The notes: generated by a model not told the origin, from the letters alone. Positions 6,390-15,690 are shown, counted from the first letter of the stretch. The stretch: DNA of 20,000 bases from an uncultured virus (IMG/VR IMGVR_UViG_3300032327_000191) (IMGVR_UViG_3300032327_000191); one strand, 5' to 3'. Numbers and translations: made by a program.

Positions 6390-7976
6390 CTAGTTAAATG
6401 ACGTCCACGCGCCAGCGGTGTACTTCTGTGAAGAAGTGATGTTTACCCAACCGGGGTTTCCGGTGCCATCGTCGGCAGCGTAGCGCTTTCCTGTAAGAAT
6501 GGTTGCCCACCCACCGGCTGTGCCGCCTGAGCCGTACGTACCGGAGGTAGTTGCAGGGGTTGTGGTTCCCAGCGTAAAGCTATCGGTAGTTATTGCAGTT
6601 ACGGTACCTGAAGCATTAAGGGTAGAAGGAGTAATTCCAGTTACGGCAACGGGGTCCCCAACAGAGAACCCGTGAGCGGTACACGTGTATGTGGTGGTGT
6701 TGCCCACAGCCGTTACCCCAGAGACCGTTTTAGTCTGATACCGCTTACCGTAAGCAGAGATAAAGATACTTGCTGTACCACCTGTAGACAAGTTGTACTG
6801 GTATGGAGAGATTACTGGAATAGCGTTTATAGCATACGCACGGAAGTAGTAGGTTTTACCGGCAGGAAGACCGGTAAAAGTTGTAGACCCTCCAGAAGCT
6901 CCAGAAATAGACTGCCCACCTACCCACGTGGATTGGTCTGTGCTGTACTGCACTGTGTGGGAAGTAACGGCAGAACCACCGTTACTTGACGCGGGAGCGA
7001 CAGTTACAGTAGCTGATGTGCCGTTTTTAGTCACGGATGTAATAGAAGGAGCAGCATACGCAATCCCGTTGCCGGACCACGCCCCAAATTCTTCAGAGTT
7101 AGCTGCTGCTGTTTGAAAGTAGTAGACCTGAGTACCAGATACCGTTATGGGAGAAGTTGGTCCAAAGTTTTGGGTGCGCCCGGTGCCCATTCCAGTAACC
7201 TCGGTCCACGAACCTGTGCCTGTTGTGTTGTATCGGTACTTGTAATCAGTGATTGGTGGAGGAAGTACGTTTACAGTACCCCCAGAAGTGTACGTAGTAG
7301 ACGAACTGAGTGAACTTGCTACGGTTATTGTATACGTAGTTCTTGCCGTAATTGTTGCAGCAGTAATATTGAATGAGCTTGGGGTAATGCCCGTGACTGT
7401 AATTCTTCCCCCAACAGCAGCATTGTTGTACACACTGTACACAATTTGAGAGCCATTAGCAGTGGCTCCTGTAATAGGTGAGCTTCCTGTTGCCTCAGCG
7501 GCAATGGCAGAAGTTACAGTTATTGTAGTTCCTGTATTAGGTCTCGATATTGAGGGCGCAGCAGGAGCTTGAGGTTTTCTAGAGAAGTCTGTGGTAGCTT
7601 GAGTTCCGGTACCTGTCGTCGAACTACCCAGAGGGCTTGCTGCTACGGTGCTAATTGACAGGTCAACTGAACCAGTCCCATCTGATGCGTGAGGGAAGAT
7701 AATTTGTCCACTGTCAAGCGCGTATGTTTGCCCAGCCGTAGCACCTCTAAAGTCATAGTTGTAGTATTTTGTACCAAAAGAGATTCCACCGATAGAGCCG
7801 GTCCAATAAGACGAGCCACTAAAGTCATAGGGTTTTAACCCAGAACCGTAGTACAAATAAACGGACCAATTAATTGCGGATGTATTGTCCGCTGAATTTG
7901 TAGACGCCTCGCTGGTAGCAAGTACGATACTGATTCCAGAATAACTACCACTAAAGTTACCGGATGCCGAAGCCAT
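6390..7976 (-). CDS. Ser/Thr/Gly-rich virion appendage protein with two FN3-like domains and two FCCH-like inserts
   Basis: FN3 motifs (SNGGSAVTSHTVQYS...W...FTGLPAGKTYYFRAYAIN; PITDYKYRY...YYFQTAAAN..G.WS); DUF859-like N-terminus; C-terminal KRY/KY...W repeats. Confidence 0.7.
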   Translation of the reverse strand: MASASGNFSGSYSGISIVLATSEASTNSADNTSAINWSVYLYYGSGLKPYDFSGSSYWTGSIGGISFGTKYYNYDFRGATAGQTYALDSGQIIFPHASDGTGSVDLSISTVAASPLGSSTTGTGTQATTDFSRKPQAPAAPSISRPNTGTTITVTSAIAAEATGSSPITGATANGSQIVYSVYNNAAVGGRITVTGITPSSFNITAATITARTTYTITVASSLSSSTTYTSGGTVNVLPPPITDYKYRYNTTGTGSWTEVTGMGTGRTQNFGPTSPITVSGTQVYYFQTAAANSEEFGAWSGNGIAYAAPSITSVTKNGTSATVTVAPASSNGGSAVTSHTVQYSTDQSTWVGGQSISGASGGSTTFTGLPAGKTYYFRAYAINAIPVISPYQYNLSTGGTASIFISAYGKRYQTKTVSGVTAVGNTTTYTCTAHGFSVGDPVAVTGITPSTLNASGTVTAITTDSFTLGTTTPATTSGTYGSGGTAGGWATILTGKRYAADDGTGNPGWVNITSSQKYTAGAWTSFN

Positions 7977-7981
7977 CTACA

Positions 7982-8986
7982 TCACCAGAACCAAAGGTCG
8001 CCCAACGTGGCGACGTACCCACTCGGGTTGCCTGTCGCGGGTTGAGTTGACTGCACAAAAATCCGAAGAACTGAGCGGGCTTTGGCGGTATCAGTAGCCC
8101 CAATCACAGAGTTAGAGAGCGCCACTCCAAGACCTCCATTAGTGGGCTGAAGATAGCTGACAACATCCACATTGTTAGCCCCAAGATTAATGCTCCCAGC
8201 CATTAACTGCCCGCCAGTGTCTAGCTTGGCGATAGAACCGCTATCACTACCAAAGTTAGAGAAGGTAACATCTCCCGCAACGGTCATGTTACCTGCCGTT
8301 GTAACAGAAAATCCGGTAGCACCAACTTTGAGGGTCCCCGTCATGTACGCGTTAGGAGAGCCTTGAACAGTTCCGTCAGCTTTAAGGAAGCTGTTTGTAA
8401 CTGTAGTCAAAGCAAGTGTTCCAGCAGTACTTGGCAAATTTAGGGATAGGTCTCCCGAAGCTACGGGTGCAACAACAGACGTTTTGTACGAACCGCTGGC
8501 TTGGACAATCCTTACCCCGCCACCGGAAATAAACGTAGGAGTTGTAATATCGGGGCTACCACTAAACACTAGGTTTCCAGCAGAACCAGTGGCGTCAGTA
8601 ACTACGCCCAAAAGCTGGGAAGAAGTAGTGGTTGCAAAATAAGTTGTGCTTAGCGTGGGCGACACCCAAGCAGGGGAGCCTGTGCCACTTGTTCCGGATA
8701 CCAAGACTTTGTTGGCAGCACTAGCAGCAGCGGTAAATGAAGTTGTGTTTGCGGCTGTCTGATACGGCATCTGACCAGCAGCGCCCCCGGATATGCTGGT
8801 AGCACGGTCTGCTTGATTGACAGCGACGTCAATAGAACTTGACCATACAGTGCCGTTTGTTCCACCAAACTTTAATTTACCGGTGGTTGTATCAATTCCG
8901 ATTTCACCCTCAGCAAGGTTCTTCGTACCGGTAGTCCAGTTTGAAGTGGTGTCACGACGAAGTTTGATTGTAGTGTTTACGGGCAT
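7982..8986 (-). CDS. Fibre protein with Mtd_N / hyaluronidase-N-like attachment domain
   Basis: IKLRRDT.SNW....LAEGEIGIDTTTGKLKFG...W N-terminus; C-terminal IFVQSTQP...GDLW; AGGAG RBS. Confidence 0.7.
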   Translation of the reverse strand: MPVNTTIKLRRDTTSNWTTGTKNLAEGEIGIDTTTGKLKFGGTNGTVWSSSIDVAVNQADRATSISGGAAGQMPYQTAANTTSFTAAASAANKVLVSGTSGTGSPAWVSPTLSTTYFATTTSSQLLGVVTDATGSAGNLVFSGSPDITTPTFISGGGVRIVQASGSYKTSVVAPVASGDLSLNLPSTAGTLALTTVTNSFLKADGTVQGSPNAYMTGTLKVGATGFSVTTAGNMTVAGDVTFSNFGSDSGSIAKLDTGGQLMAGSINLGANNVDVVSYLQPTNGGLGVALSNSVIGATDTAKARSVLRIFVQSTQPATGNPSGYVATLGDLWFW

Positions 8987-9033
8987 GAATAACTCCTAAG
9001 TCTTATTTCTATTTTGACGGATTAGCTTCTGAG

Positions 9034-9156
9034 TTATGGGCTAACCGCAGGGGCAGTGAGGTACGCATACACGCCGTCCTCCGCAAGAATTACTTGGTCC
9101 CCGTTGTACTCTGGATGTACGTCAAGTAGATTGACGTCTTTTTCAGGGTAAATCAA
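9034..9156 (-). CDS. Small acidic protein (40 aa)
   Basis: Not in ORF track. TTG overlaps the adaptor stop (TTGA), GAGG 7 nt upstream; MIYPEKDVNLLDVHPEYNGDQVILAEDGVYAYLTAPAVSP. Confidence 0.5.
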   Translation of the reverse strand: MIYPEKDVNLLDVHPEYNGDQVILAEDGVYAYLTAPAVSP

Positions 9157-10505
9157 AGAACAACCTCGCTTGCACGCACTGTGAACAAGTCACCTTCTAC
9201 GATGGCAAGTTCCTCACCAGTAAAGCTGTTGATTCCAGTTATCTTCCACCACGTGCGGTTTGCCAACTTCATGGTCTCGTCTGAAGTAAGGCTAATTGCT
9301 GCCACGTACGTCTGAGACACATTGTGCTCTGCATCGCCGGTAAGTCCAGTAAGAGCTAGAGCGGTAGTTGCTGTTCCCATGACAGAGAACGTGTTGCTTG
9401 TTACAGGAGCCACAACCACATACGTCCCGTCCACAGCACTGTTTGCAGAAGTGATTACTACGGAATCTCCAACAACAAAATCGTGAGTTGCTGCGGGGCT
9501 GGGGTTTACCGTGACTGTTATCTTGGCATTTCCCGAAGTACGAGAAAGACCAGTAACTACCCATGAGTTTTTGGAAGAATTAACCTGAAGTGCAAAGTCC
9601 TCAATAACTTGCACGCTACCACGTTGCTGGTAGAGCTTAGCGACAAACGAATTTCCTGCCCAATTTCCTGTATAAGAAATATTAGCTAAGAACTTACGCC
9701 CTTGATACGCAGTCAAATCGGCTGCCTCAGTCGGGAACGCAGGACGCTGGTCTCCGTACGTGGGTTCTGGCAAGTACACTCGCTGGGGGAATGAGCGGTC
9801 ATCAACTTCCATGGGCTTGTACACCGGTACGTAACGGTTAGTAGCCTTAGAAATTCGACGCAGAGTAAACACGTCGATGGAGTACATACCGATTCCCAGT
9901 TGAACACAGAGGTCCTTGTACTGGGATTGACGGGCGTTAATCATGTCCATCAACTGGCGGTAACGTTCAGAACGCGGGATGCTCACGCCGTCTGGGGCAG
10001 CAATGTCGATGTCAAACGCGGCGTCCGTAGCCAGCGTGTACAGAGCCAACGTGGTCGCGTATACAGCGACGGGGTACTCCTCAATTACCGGAAGATTACT
10101 AACGGTAATTTTACGACCAAGAGAGTCGGTGTGCCGAGCACCGTGCTCACCAATAGCGGTGGTTACAAGGCTTGACAACTCGGTCCCTGTAAAGTACCGA
10201 AAGTACGTTCCGCTAACAAGGAACTCCACACCCGCGTTAGGGACATCTGAGCCGGAGTTTACTAGGGTTGGGAAAAGTGCGTTAGTGAGGGTTACTACCA
10301 ACACCCCTGTGGACTCTTCAACGTGAGAGTAATCCGTCACGTCAAACCCACCTGCATTGACAATAACAGTGGTCGCATCTAGAGGGGCGTAGTGCAAACG
10401 GAAACGGTTGGTGGTACCGTCAGCAGTAAACTGCGTAACAAATGACTTGCCAATATCCCCGAGTTCGACTCGGACTTTGGCAACCAAACTATTGATGTCA
10501 GCCAC
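9153..10505 (-). CDS. Probable head-tail adaptor with extra beta domains
   Basis: GTG start with GGAG; L..KVR.ELGD N-terminus, YFT..EL, helical core and DGVSI.RSERY.QL; second gene after the capsid gene. Confidence 0.6.
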   Translation of the reverse strand: MADINSLVAKVRVELGDIGKSFVTQFTADGTTNRFRLHYAPLDATTVIVNAGGFDVTDYSHVEESTGVLVVTLTNALFPTLVNSGSDVPNAGVEFLVSGTYFRYFTGTELSSLVTTAIGEHGARHTDSLGRKITVSNLPVIEEYPVAVYATTLALYTLATDAAFDIDIAAPDGVSIPRSERYRQLMDMINARQSQYKDLCVQLGIGMYSIDVFTLRRISKATNRYVPVYKPMEVDDRSFPQRVYLPEPTYGDQRPAFPTEAADLTAYQGRKFLANISYTGNWAGNSFVAKLYQQRGSVQVIEDFALQVNSSKNSWVVTGLSRTSGNAKITVTVNPSPAATHDFVVGDSVVITSANSAVDGTYVVVAPVTSNTFSVMGTATTALALTGLTGDAEHNVSQTYVAAISLTSDETMKLANRTWWKITGINSFTGEELAIVEGDLFTVRASEVVL

Positions 10506-10563
10506 AATATCTCCGTAATCCTTCTCTATCTATGTTCCCTGAAATTGAAGGATAATACAGGGC

Positions 10564-10609
10564 AAATAAATCCGCCCTACAGGAAGGTGGGCATAACCTG
10601 TAGGTCGGA
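10564..10609 (-). terminator. Intrinsic terminator
   Basis: TCCGACCTACAGG...CCTGTAGGGCGGA stem followed by TTTATTT, just downstream of the stop at 10625. Confidence 0.65.
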
Positions 10610-10624
10610 ATAGTGTTTTAGGAG

Positions 10625-10999
10625 TTAGGCTCCGGGGGTCCAAACGTACCCGAGACGCTCTAGATAAGCTGCCAACTCTCGTGGGACAAGGTACTTCTGA
10701 CCTTGTCGGAAACTGTAAGTGTTCCCCACACCAAAGGTCATGTCTTCGATGTCAGTGATGGTGCGGATAACCACGTTGTCGTTACGGGTATCAACCCCGA
10801 CGTTCTCAATCTCGTCGATGAGGATAGGTTCATCCGGCTTCTTTGGGTCGAACACGTCGTTTGCAAGGCTGATTTCATCTGCCTGACGGCTGAGCGCAAT
10901 TTCATCGGCTCGTTCCTTCAACGCCTTTGCGTTCTGCTTTGCTGCTTTTTCAGCAGCAGCTCCCGTTGCATCCAACGGGCTAGTGGGTAGATTTGCCAC
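10625..10999 (-). CDS. Hypothetical capsid-associated protein (124 aa)
   Basis: GTG start with AAGGAG; directly after the capsid gene; C-terminal F..GQKY.VP.ELA.YL...GYV small domain. Confidence 0.7.
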   Translation of the reverse strand: MANLPTSPLDATGAAAEKAAKQNAKALKERADEIALSRQADEISLANDVFDPKKPDEPILIDEIENVGVDTRNDNVVIRTITDIEDMTFGVGNTYSFRQGQKYLVPRELAAYLERLGYVWTPGA

Positions 11000-11030
11000 G
11001 ATTTCATTTCTCCTTGTGTTTTATTTGAAT

Positions 11031-11056
11031 GGGGGGAGAGCCGAAGCCCTCCCCCC
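11031..11056 (-). terminator. GC-rich hairpin after capsid gene (terminator or mRNA stabiliser)
   Basis: GGGGGGAGGGC-TTCG-GCTCTCCCCCC, C(UUCG)G loop, 14 nt after the stop; U tract is poor. Confidence 0.55.
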
Positions 11057-11070
11057 GAGGTTGTCAGGTA

Positions 11071-12237
11071 CTAGTTCGAGTAGACCTTGACGATTGCTTG
11101 GTCAGTGATGACACCGAGACCCCAGATGGAGTACCATGCGAGAGCGTGCTCACGACCGAAGTCGAGAACGCCACCGTCGCGCAGTTCAACCGGGAGGCTG
11201 ATGGCGTGACCAAATGCGTTGTCACCAATCATGATGGACTCGTAGACATCAGCCGTCAGAGTCGTCGTGTCGGTGGGGTAGGCAGCCGTCGAACCAGCGT
11301 CGGAAGCCTCAGGGTTTCCACCACCACCGGGGTAGGTGTTAGCCTTGACCGGAACCGAGCCAGCGTTAGCGGGAGCACCAACCTGCGAGGTGTAGTTCGT
11401 AACCGTCGCGCCGCTAGCGAACTTGTTCACCTGCGTGGTCTCGATGAACACGACGTCGTAGAGACGACCGATTTCACCGAGCATGAAGTTACCCGGAGCA
11501 GCGTACTTCGTAACTTCGATGAACTCAGGGTTCGAGCGAAGGTCACGCGACTGCTTGGGGTGGATGAACTGCACGTAGGTCTCACCAATGCGAGGGATGT
11601 TCTTCTGCGCAAGCGTAAGCGCAGCATCCTTGATGGCACCCGTGGTGAGCTTGTACTTACCAGCGTTCGTACCCGAACCAACGGAAGTGTTCGAACCCGA
11701 CACTGCGGTAGCGGCGGTACCTTCCTGATACAGGTTGAAGTTGGTAGCACCGTCGTACGCCGAGCGGTCGTAACCGAAGACAGCCGAGGTAGCAGCACCG
11801 AGGGTGTTGCGAGCCTGAACGTCAAGGTACTGAGCCATGTGGCGACCGAGGAGACGCGAAGCCGAAGCCATGATGTCGTCGAACGAGCTGTTGAGGAGCA
11901 GTTCGGAAACTGCAACTGCGTAGCCGTGCTCAGCAACGGTGATGGCAATCTGCTCAGCCGTCAGAGCGTTCGTGGTCATACGAACACCTTCGGTGAGGGG
12001 TGTGGGGTCAACAGCGAAGTTCTTGTAACGCAGGAAGTTAACGCGAAGACCCGGTGCTACACCAAGCTCCGTCTTCTTAACAGCGAACTGCTCGAAGCGG
12101 AGGATAGGCATAGCCTGAAACAGGATTTCCTTTGACCAGATGGTCTGGATAGCCTGTGAAAGCTGGCTGTTGGAGCCAGAGTATGCGGTAGGAGCCGAAG
12201 CAAGCTGCCCGGTTCCAGTTACAGCAGATGCTGCCAT
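11071..12237 (-). CDS. Major capsid protein (N4 gp56-like family)
   Basis: 388 aa after portal and scaffold; PLTEGV, EHG.AV..SE, Y..FIHP.Q..DLR, GEIGRL..V.FIET motifs; AAGGAG RBS; strong codon bias. Confidence 0.92.
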   Translation of the reverse strand: MAASAVTGTGQLASAPTAYSGSNSQLSQAIQTIWSKEILFQAMPILRFEQFAVKKTELGVAPGLRVNFLRYKNFAVDPTPLTEGVRMTTNALTAEQIAITVAEHGYAVAVSELLLNSSFDDIMASASRLLGRHMAQYLDVQARNTLGAATSAVFGYDRSAYDGATNFNLYQEGTAATAVSGSNTSVGSGTNAGKYKLTTGAIKDAALTLAQKNIPRIGETYVQFIHPKQSRDLRSNPEFIEVTKYAAPGNFMLGEIGRLYDVVFIETTQVNKFASGATVTNYTSQVGAPANAGSVPVKANTYPGGGGNPEASDAGSTAAYPTDTTTLTADVYESIMIGDNAFGHAISLPVELRDGGVLDFGREHALAWYSIWGLGVITDQAIVKVYSN

Positions 12238-12287
12238 GATTTTTTCTCCTTAAGAGAGGTAGAGGGTTGCCTTAGATAACCTTTTGG

Positions 12288-13055
12288 TTACCCAAAAAGC
12301 CCCTGACCACTATTTTTGCTTGCGCCACCGAGCAATTTCTGTCGGTTCTTGGCGTAATCTGCCATAGACATATTCCGGAGGTCATCCGGGGAGTTCGTAA
12401 GTTGTGCCGGGTCGTTGTCGAGGGGTCCAGAAGACGGTGCCGTAATACGGGAACCGACCATTTCCTTCCGAGTCTGCTGTGAAGCTTGCGCTACAGAATC
12501 GAAAATTCGAGCAGACTTTTCTTTAAGCCCCAAGATGCTCTGCTCAATCTCATCTCGGTTGTTTCCCTGAATCAGGTCAATGAGTTCAGGGATAATGCTG
12601 TCGCGCTCTTGTTCCAGACGTTGCTGACGGTATGTTGTCAACTCCGTGAACTCACGCTCTTTATCGAGAAGTGCAAAAGCACGCTCACGCTCGGCTCGCT
12701 CTTCAGCTAGCTTTGCTTCGAGTTCTTCTTCCTTCTTCTTCAACAGCTCTTTGAAGCCAAGCTCAGCTTCTGCTTCTTCCTGCTGCTTCTTCTTTGCCTC
12801 AGCCTCACGTTCCGCACGCTTTGCACGGCGGTCGGCTTCAAGGGCTTCTCGCTCCTCGCGTTCCTTCTTCAAGGCAGCGAGTTCTTCCTTCATCTTGTCC
12901 ATGACAGGATAAAGCTTTTCTTTTTCCTGAGCACGCGCCTTGGCGATGTCGTCTGCGGTGTACTGACCCACAGGTGATTCCTCCGTAGCAAAGTTTTCAG
13001 GACTATCAAGCGATGTTTCAATGGCTGCTTCTGCAACCGAGTTTTCAGTTTCCAA
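12288..13055 (-). CDS. Capsid scaffolding protein
   Basis: Acidic N-terminus, long E/K/R/A coiled coil, C-terminal MSMADYAK.RQKLLG; between portal and capsid. Start moved to TTG 13055, which follows GAGGAG. Confidence 0.85.
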   Translation of the reverse strand: METENSVAEAAIETSLDSPENFATEESPVGQYTADDIAKARAQEKEKLYPVMDKMKEELAALKKEREEREALEADRRAKRAEREAEAKKKQQEEAEAELGFKELLKKKEEELEAKLAEERAERERAFALLDKEREFTELTTYRQQRLEQERDSIIPELIDLIQGNNRDEIEQSILGLKEKSARIFDSVAQASQQTRKEMVGSRITAPSSGPLDNDPAQLTNSPDDLRNMSMADYAKNRQKLLGGASKNSGQGLFG

Positions 13056-13181
13056 TGTGGAATCTCCTCTAGTTCTCTTGGTCGTTTTCCGAATTAGTAG
13101 CACATGACCTTGTTATTTGGTAACAAGTCAATCCGTGAAAGATTGATTTGTCAGCCTAAATTAATGATGACATCATTTTAT

Positions 13182-14915
13182 TTAGGTGTCTTTGCTAACT
13201 GTTCTGCGCTGCGGGAGCTTAGTCCCGTACGCATCAGTTACAAGTTTGTTACGGATTTCCGCTTCTCCCTGCATCTCTATTCCTTGAGAATTAGAGTTCG
13301 GGTTCTTTATAGCCTCATCCGTGGGCGGTCCAAGAATGCCGTCACCAACAACGTCTCCGTCACCCAACTGCATTGGGTCCATTGGGGTAGCGCTTCCATC
13401 AGGACCAATCATCATTCCGGTGATGTCCATTAGTTGCTTCTGGATTTGAGCCTTAACAAGGTTAAGGGCACCGTCAGACTCAGCATCTGCAATGAGTTCC
13501 ATACGAATCTCTTCGAGCTTCTCTTCTGGGAACTCTTCGCCAAGAGCGCGGAGCGCACCTTCCTTGGACTCCAGACCCATACCCATCTTCTGCTGAAGCT
13601 CGTTAAGGAGAACCAATTTGTCAAGAGGCAGAGGCTGTGGGAACTGGGCATATGTTTGATACGTCAGCGGGTCTTCGGGGTCAAGCTGAGAAAGTTGACC
13701 TTCTTTAATAGGACCGTCTGAATCAGGGTTGTAAACAAAGGTTTCTGGTTCCTTGATAGCAAGGTTAAGAAGAACAAGCTCATTAATGCGCTCTAGACCA
13801 ATGCCGTACTGTGCAGTCTTTTGCGCCCAGCGGTTCATCAAGGGCTGATACTGAATCGATAGAGCAACACCCGAGGTGTTAGAGATAGGCTGAACCTGAC
13901 CAAGAGCGGTCTCGGGGATGTTCATCATCTCGTGCATTGCGGTCTTAAGAGTTCCCATGTATTCCATGGCACCCTGAAGTCCAGCTCCACCGCCCTCAAG
14001 GTTAAAGACGTTTGCGTCCTTGGGCAGACCACCCCACACCTTCTTGGCACCCTTTTCAAGGTTAGAAGCCTTTGCACCAACGATTACGGTGACGGGGGCA
14101 GCGTGGTAGTTGATGATGTCTGCGACGTCCGTTGCGATTTCGTTGTACGAACGGTTAAGGGTAATGATGTCGTGCGCGTCGGAGAGTCCCCACGGCGAAC
14201 CAGATACTGGAACATTAGGAATATGTACAACAGGAATCTGTCCCAGAGGGTTAGGACGCGAGTCAATAAGTTCATCATTGATGTACTCCTCGATAATGTC
14301 GTCAGTAAGAATCTCTGTGTAAGTAAAGACCTGACGAGTACCCTCAAGGCTGGTACCCCAGAATCGGTACTTCTGCTTGAAACGCAGAAGGCGGGTACGG
14401 TCATGCGGGTGAAACTCGGGGAAAGCAAAAGCGCTGTTCAGGGGAAGAATGCGTACTCTTCCGGGATGGAATCGACCAATCGAGTCAGTCCACGGCTCTT
14501 CATACGCAATCTTTACAAAGCAGTCACCGGTAATAGACCCAAGCTGTGCCATCTCAAAGAGGACACGCATCTTGTCGTTGTCAACTTCCCACACGCGCTC
14601 AAGACGGTCGGGGACAATTGCTTCGGTGGCTTTGGGGGAACGGAAGTGAACGCCCTTACCAAAAGTGAAGCGAGCAAGATAGTCAATAAACGCGCGGTAG
14701 TAGTTAAACGAAACTTGCGTTTCGCCCTGCTCACGGCGGTAACCCCAGTGATGACCGAGGTACATAGCCCAGTTGAGCGAGTAACGGTTTAAACGAGGAC
14801 CGTGAACCTCGAACTCTTCATCAGCAAGCTCAACAAGACCAAGGGGTGAGATACTAATCGTGAGGTCGGAGGACGCTGCACGATAGCTGGGCGGTGAAAA
14901 GTCAGCAAATGACAT
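13182..14915 (-). CDS. Portal protein (SPP1 gp6-like)
   Basis: 577 aa between terminase and scaffold; N.YRAFID..A.F.FGKG, NPLG.IPVVHIPN, G.SD..DII.LN..YN, SGVAL..QYQPL motifs. Confidence 0.9.
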   Translation of the reverse strand: MSFADFSPPSYRAASSDLTISISPLGLVELADEEFEVHGPRLNRYSLNWAMYLGHHWGYRREQGETQVSFNYYRAFIDYLARFTFGKGVHFRSPKATEAIVPDRLERVWEVDNDKMRVLFEMAQLGSITGDCFVKIAYEEPWTDSIGRFHPGRVRILPLNSAFAFPEFHPHDRTRLLRFKQKYRFWGTSLEGTRQVFTYTEILTDDIIEEYINDELIDSRPNPLGQIPVVHIPNVPVSGSPWGLSDAHDIITLNRSYNEIATDVADIINYHAAPVTVIVGAKASNLEKGAKKVWGGLPKDANVFNLEGGGAGLQGAMEYMGTLKTAMHEMMNIPETALGQVQPISNTSGVALSIQYQPLMNRWAQKTAQYGIGLERINELVLLNLAIKEPETFVYNPDSDGPIKEGQLSQLDPEDPLTYQTYAQFPQPLPLDKLVLLNELQQKMGMGLESKEGALRALGEEFPEEKLEEIRMELIADAESDGALNLVKAQIQKQLMDITGMMIGPDGSATPMDPMQLGDGDVVGDGILGPPTDEAIKNPNSNSQGIEMQGEAEIRNKLVTDAYGTKLPQRRTVSKDT

Positions 14916-15187
14916 TACTTCTTATCTTTCTTTTTGTCCGATTTGTGTTCCGATTTTTCTTTGGCTTTAGCGACAAGTCGCTCATGCCGCTTTTTGAGGA
15001 ACTGTCGAGCCAACACTTCTTGGCGACGGGTCTCGTCGCTAACCTCTTTAAACTGTCCACCCTTTTTCTGGTACTCAGAGTGCACCCAGTGACTGGCAGC
15101 CGGTGAGGGGTACGTGGCAAAACGCGTCTTGGCTTGCGTGATAACCATCTGCCAAAGGCGCTGATTAAGCGGTACTTGGTGCGGCAT
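14915..15187 (-). CDS. Small basic protein (90 aa)
   Basis: GAGGAG RBS before ATG 15187; TAATG coupling to portal; EYQKKGGQFK motif and Lys-rich tail. Confidence 0.8.
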   Translation of the reverse strand: MPHQVPLNQRLWQMVITQAKTRFATYPSPAASHWVHSEYQKKGGQFKEVSDETRRQEVLARQFLKKRHERLVAKAKEKSEHKSDKKKDKK

Positions 15188-15206
15188 AGCGTCTCCTCAT
15201 ACAATA

Positions 15207-15247
15207 GGGGGTCTACTTAGCCAACTTACTCAGCTAAGCAGACCCCC
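15207..15247 (-). promoter_or_regulatory. Long intergenic hairpin
   Basis: GGGGGTCTGCTTAGC...GCTAAGTAGACCCCC, ~15-bp stem with a G-U pair on the minus strand; weak U tract. Confidence 0.5.
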
Positions 15248-15257
15248 GCAGGTCAAA

Positions 15258-15653
15258 CTAGTCGTTTACGACAGTCGGGTTCATCCGCATGGTACGACCA
15301 CCCGAGCGGGCAACCGTCTCAAAGGTCTGCTCTGCGTAGTTGGTGAACGAACCGTGAGCGAACTCACCGAGGAACGTCGGAGCTTCAATCCACGAAGCCG
15401 AACCAACGTGAGCACGCTCGCTCAACGTCTCCGCAGCGGGCTTCTGCCACACGGGAGCGTTGCGGTTCGGGCGACCCGGTGCAGCGGCAAAGCCCTGCAT
15501 GATGCCCTTCTGGAAATCGGTGGGGACGTCGGTGTCTGTAGCAATGCCCTCTTCGAAACGAAGCGGTCCACGGCGTTCCATGTTACCAGCGCCCTTGCGC
15601 TCGTAAACCTGAGGCGAACGCTCAGGGAACATAGGTGCGGGTCCAATACCCAT
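15258..15653 (-). CDS. Hypothetical protein, probably virion-associated (131 aa)
   Basis: AAGGAG RBS, codon bias like the capsid gene, located between terminase and portal. Confidence 0.8.
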   Translation of the reverse strand: MGIGPAPMFPERSPQVYERKGAGNMERRGPLRFEEGIATDTDVPTDFQKGIMQGFAAAPGRPNRNAPVWQKPAAETLSERAHVGSASWIEAPTFLGEFAHGSFTNYAEQTFETVARSGGRTMRMNPTVVND

Positions 15654-15672
15654 GATGTAACTCCTTAATTGT

Positions 15673-15690
15673 TTGAAATGCGCATTTCAA
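15673..15690. promoter_or_regulatory. Perfect 18-bp palindrome TTGAAATGCGCATTTCAA
   Basis: Self-complementary, in an AT-rich gap, 6 nt upstream of the AAGGAG RBS of 15258..15653. Confidence 0.45.

Noticed and set aside
7982..8986. Diversity-generating retroelement suggested by the Mtd_N-like domain
   Set aside because: No reverse transcriptase or template/variable repeat pair seen; the domain is only an attachment module.
11029..12135. 368-aa plus-strand ORF
   Set aside because: Antisense shadow of the codon-biased capsid gene; no recognisable motif.
13056..13103. GTG start for scaffold at 13103
   Set aside because: GAGGAG lies inside this extension, correctly spaced for TTG 13055.
13932..14792. 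286-aa plus-strand ORF and other plus-strand ORFs (7..360, 2422..3075, 3204..3812, 15833..16429)
   Set aside because: All lie opposite well-supported minus-strand genes.
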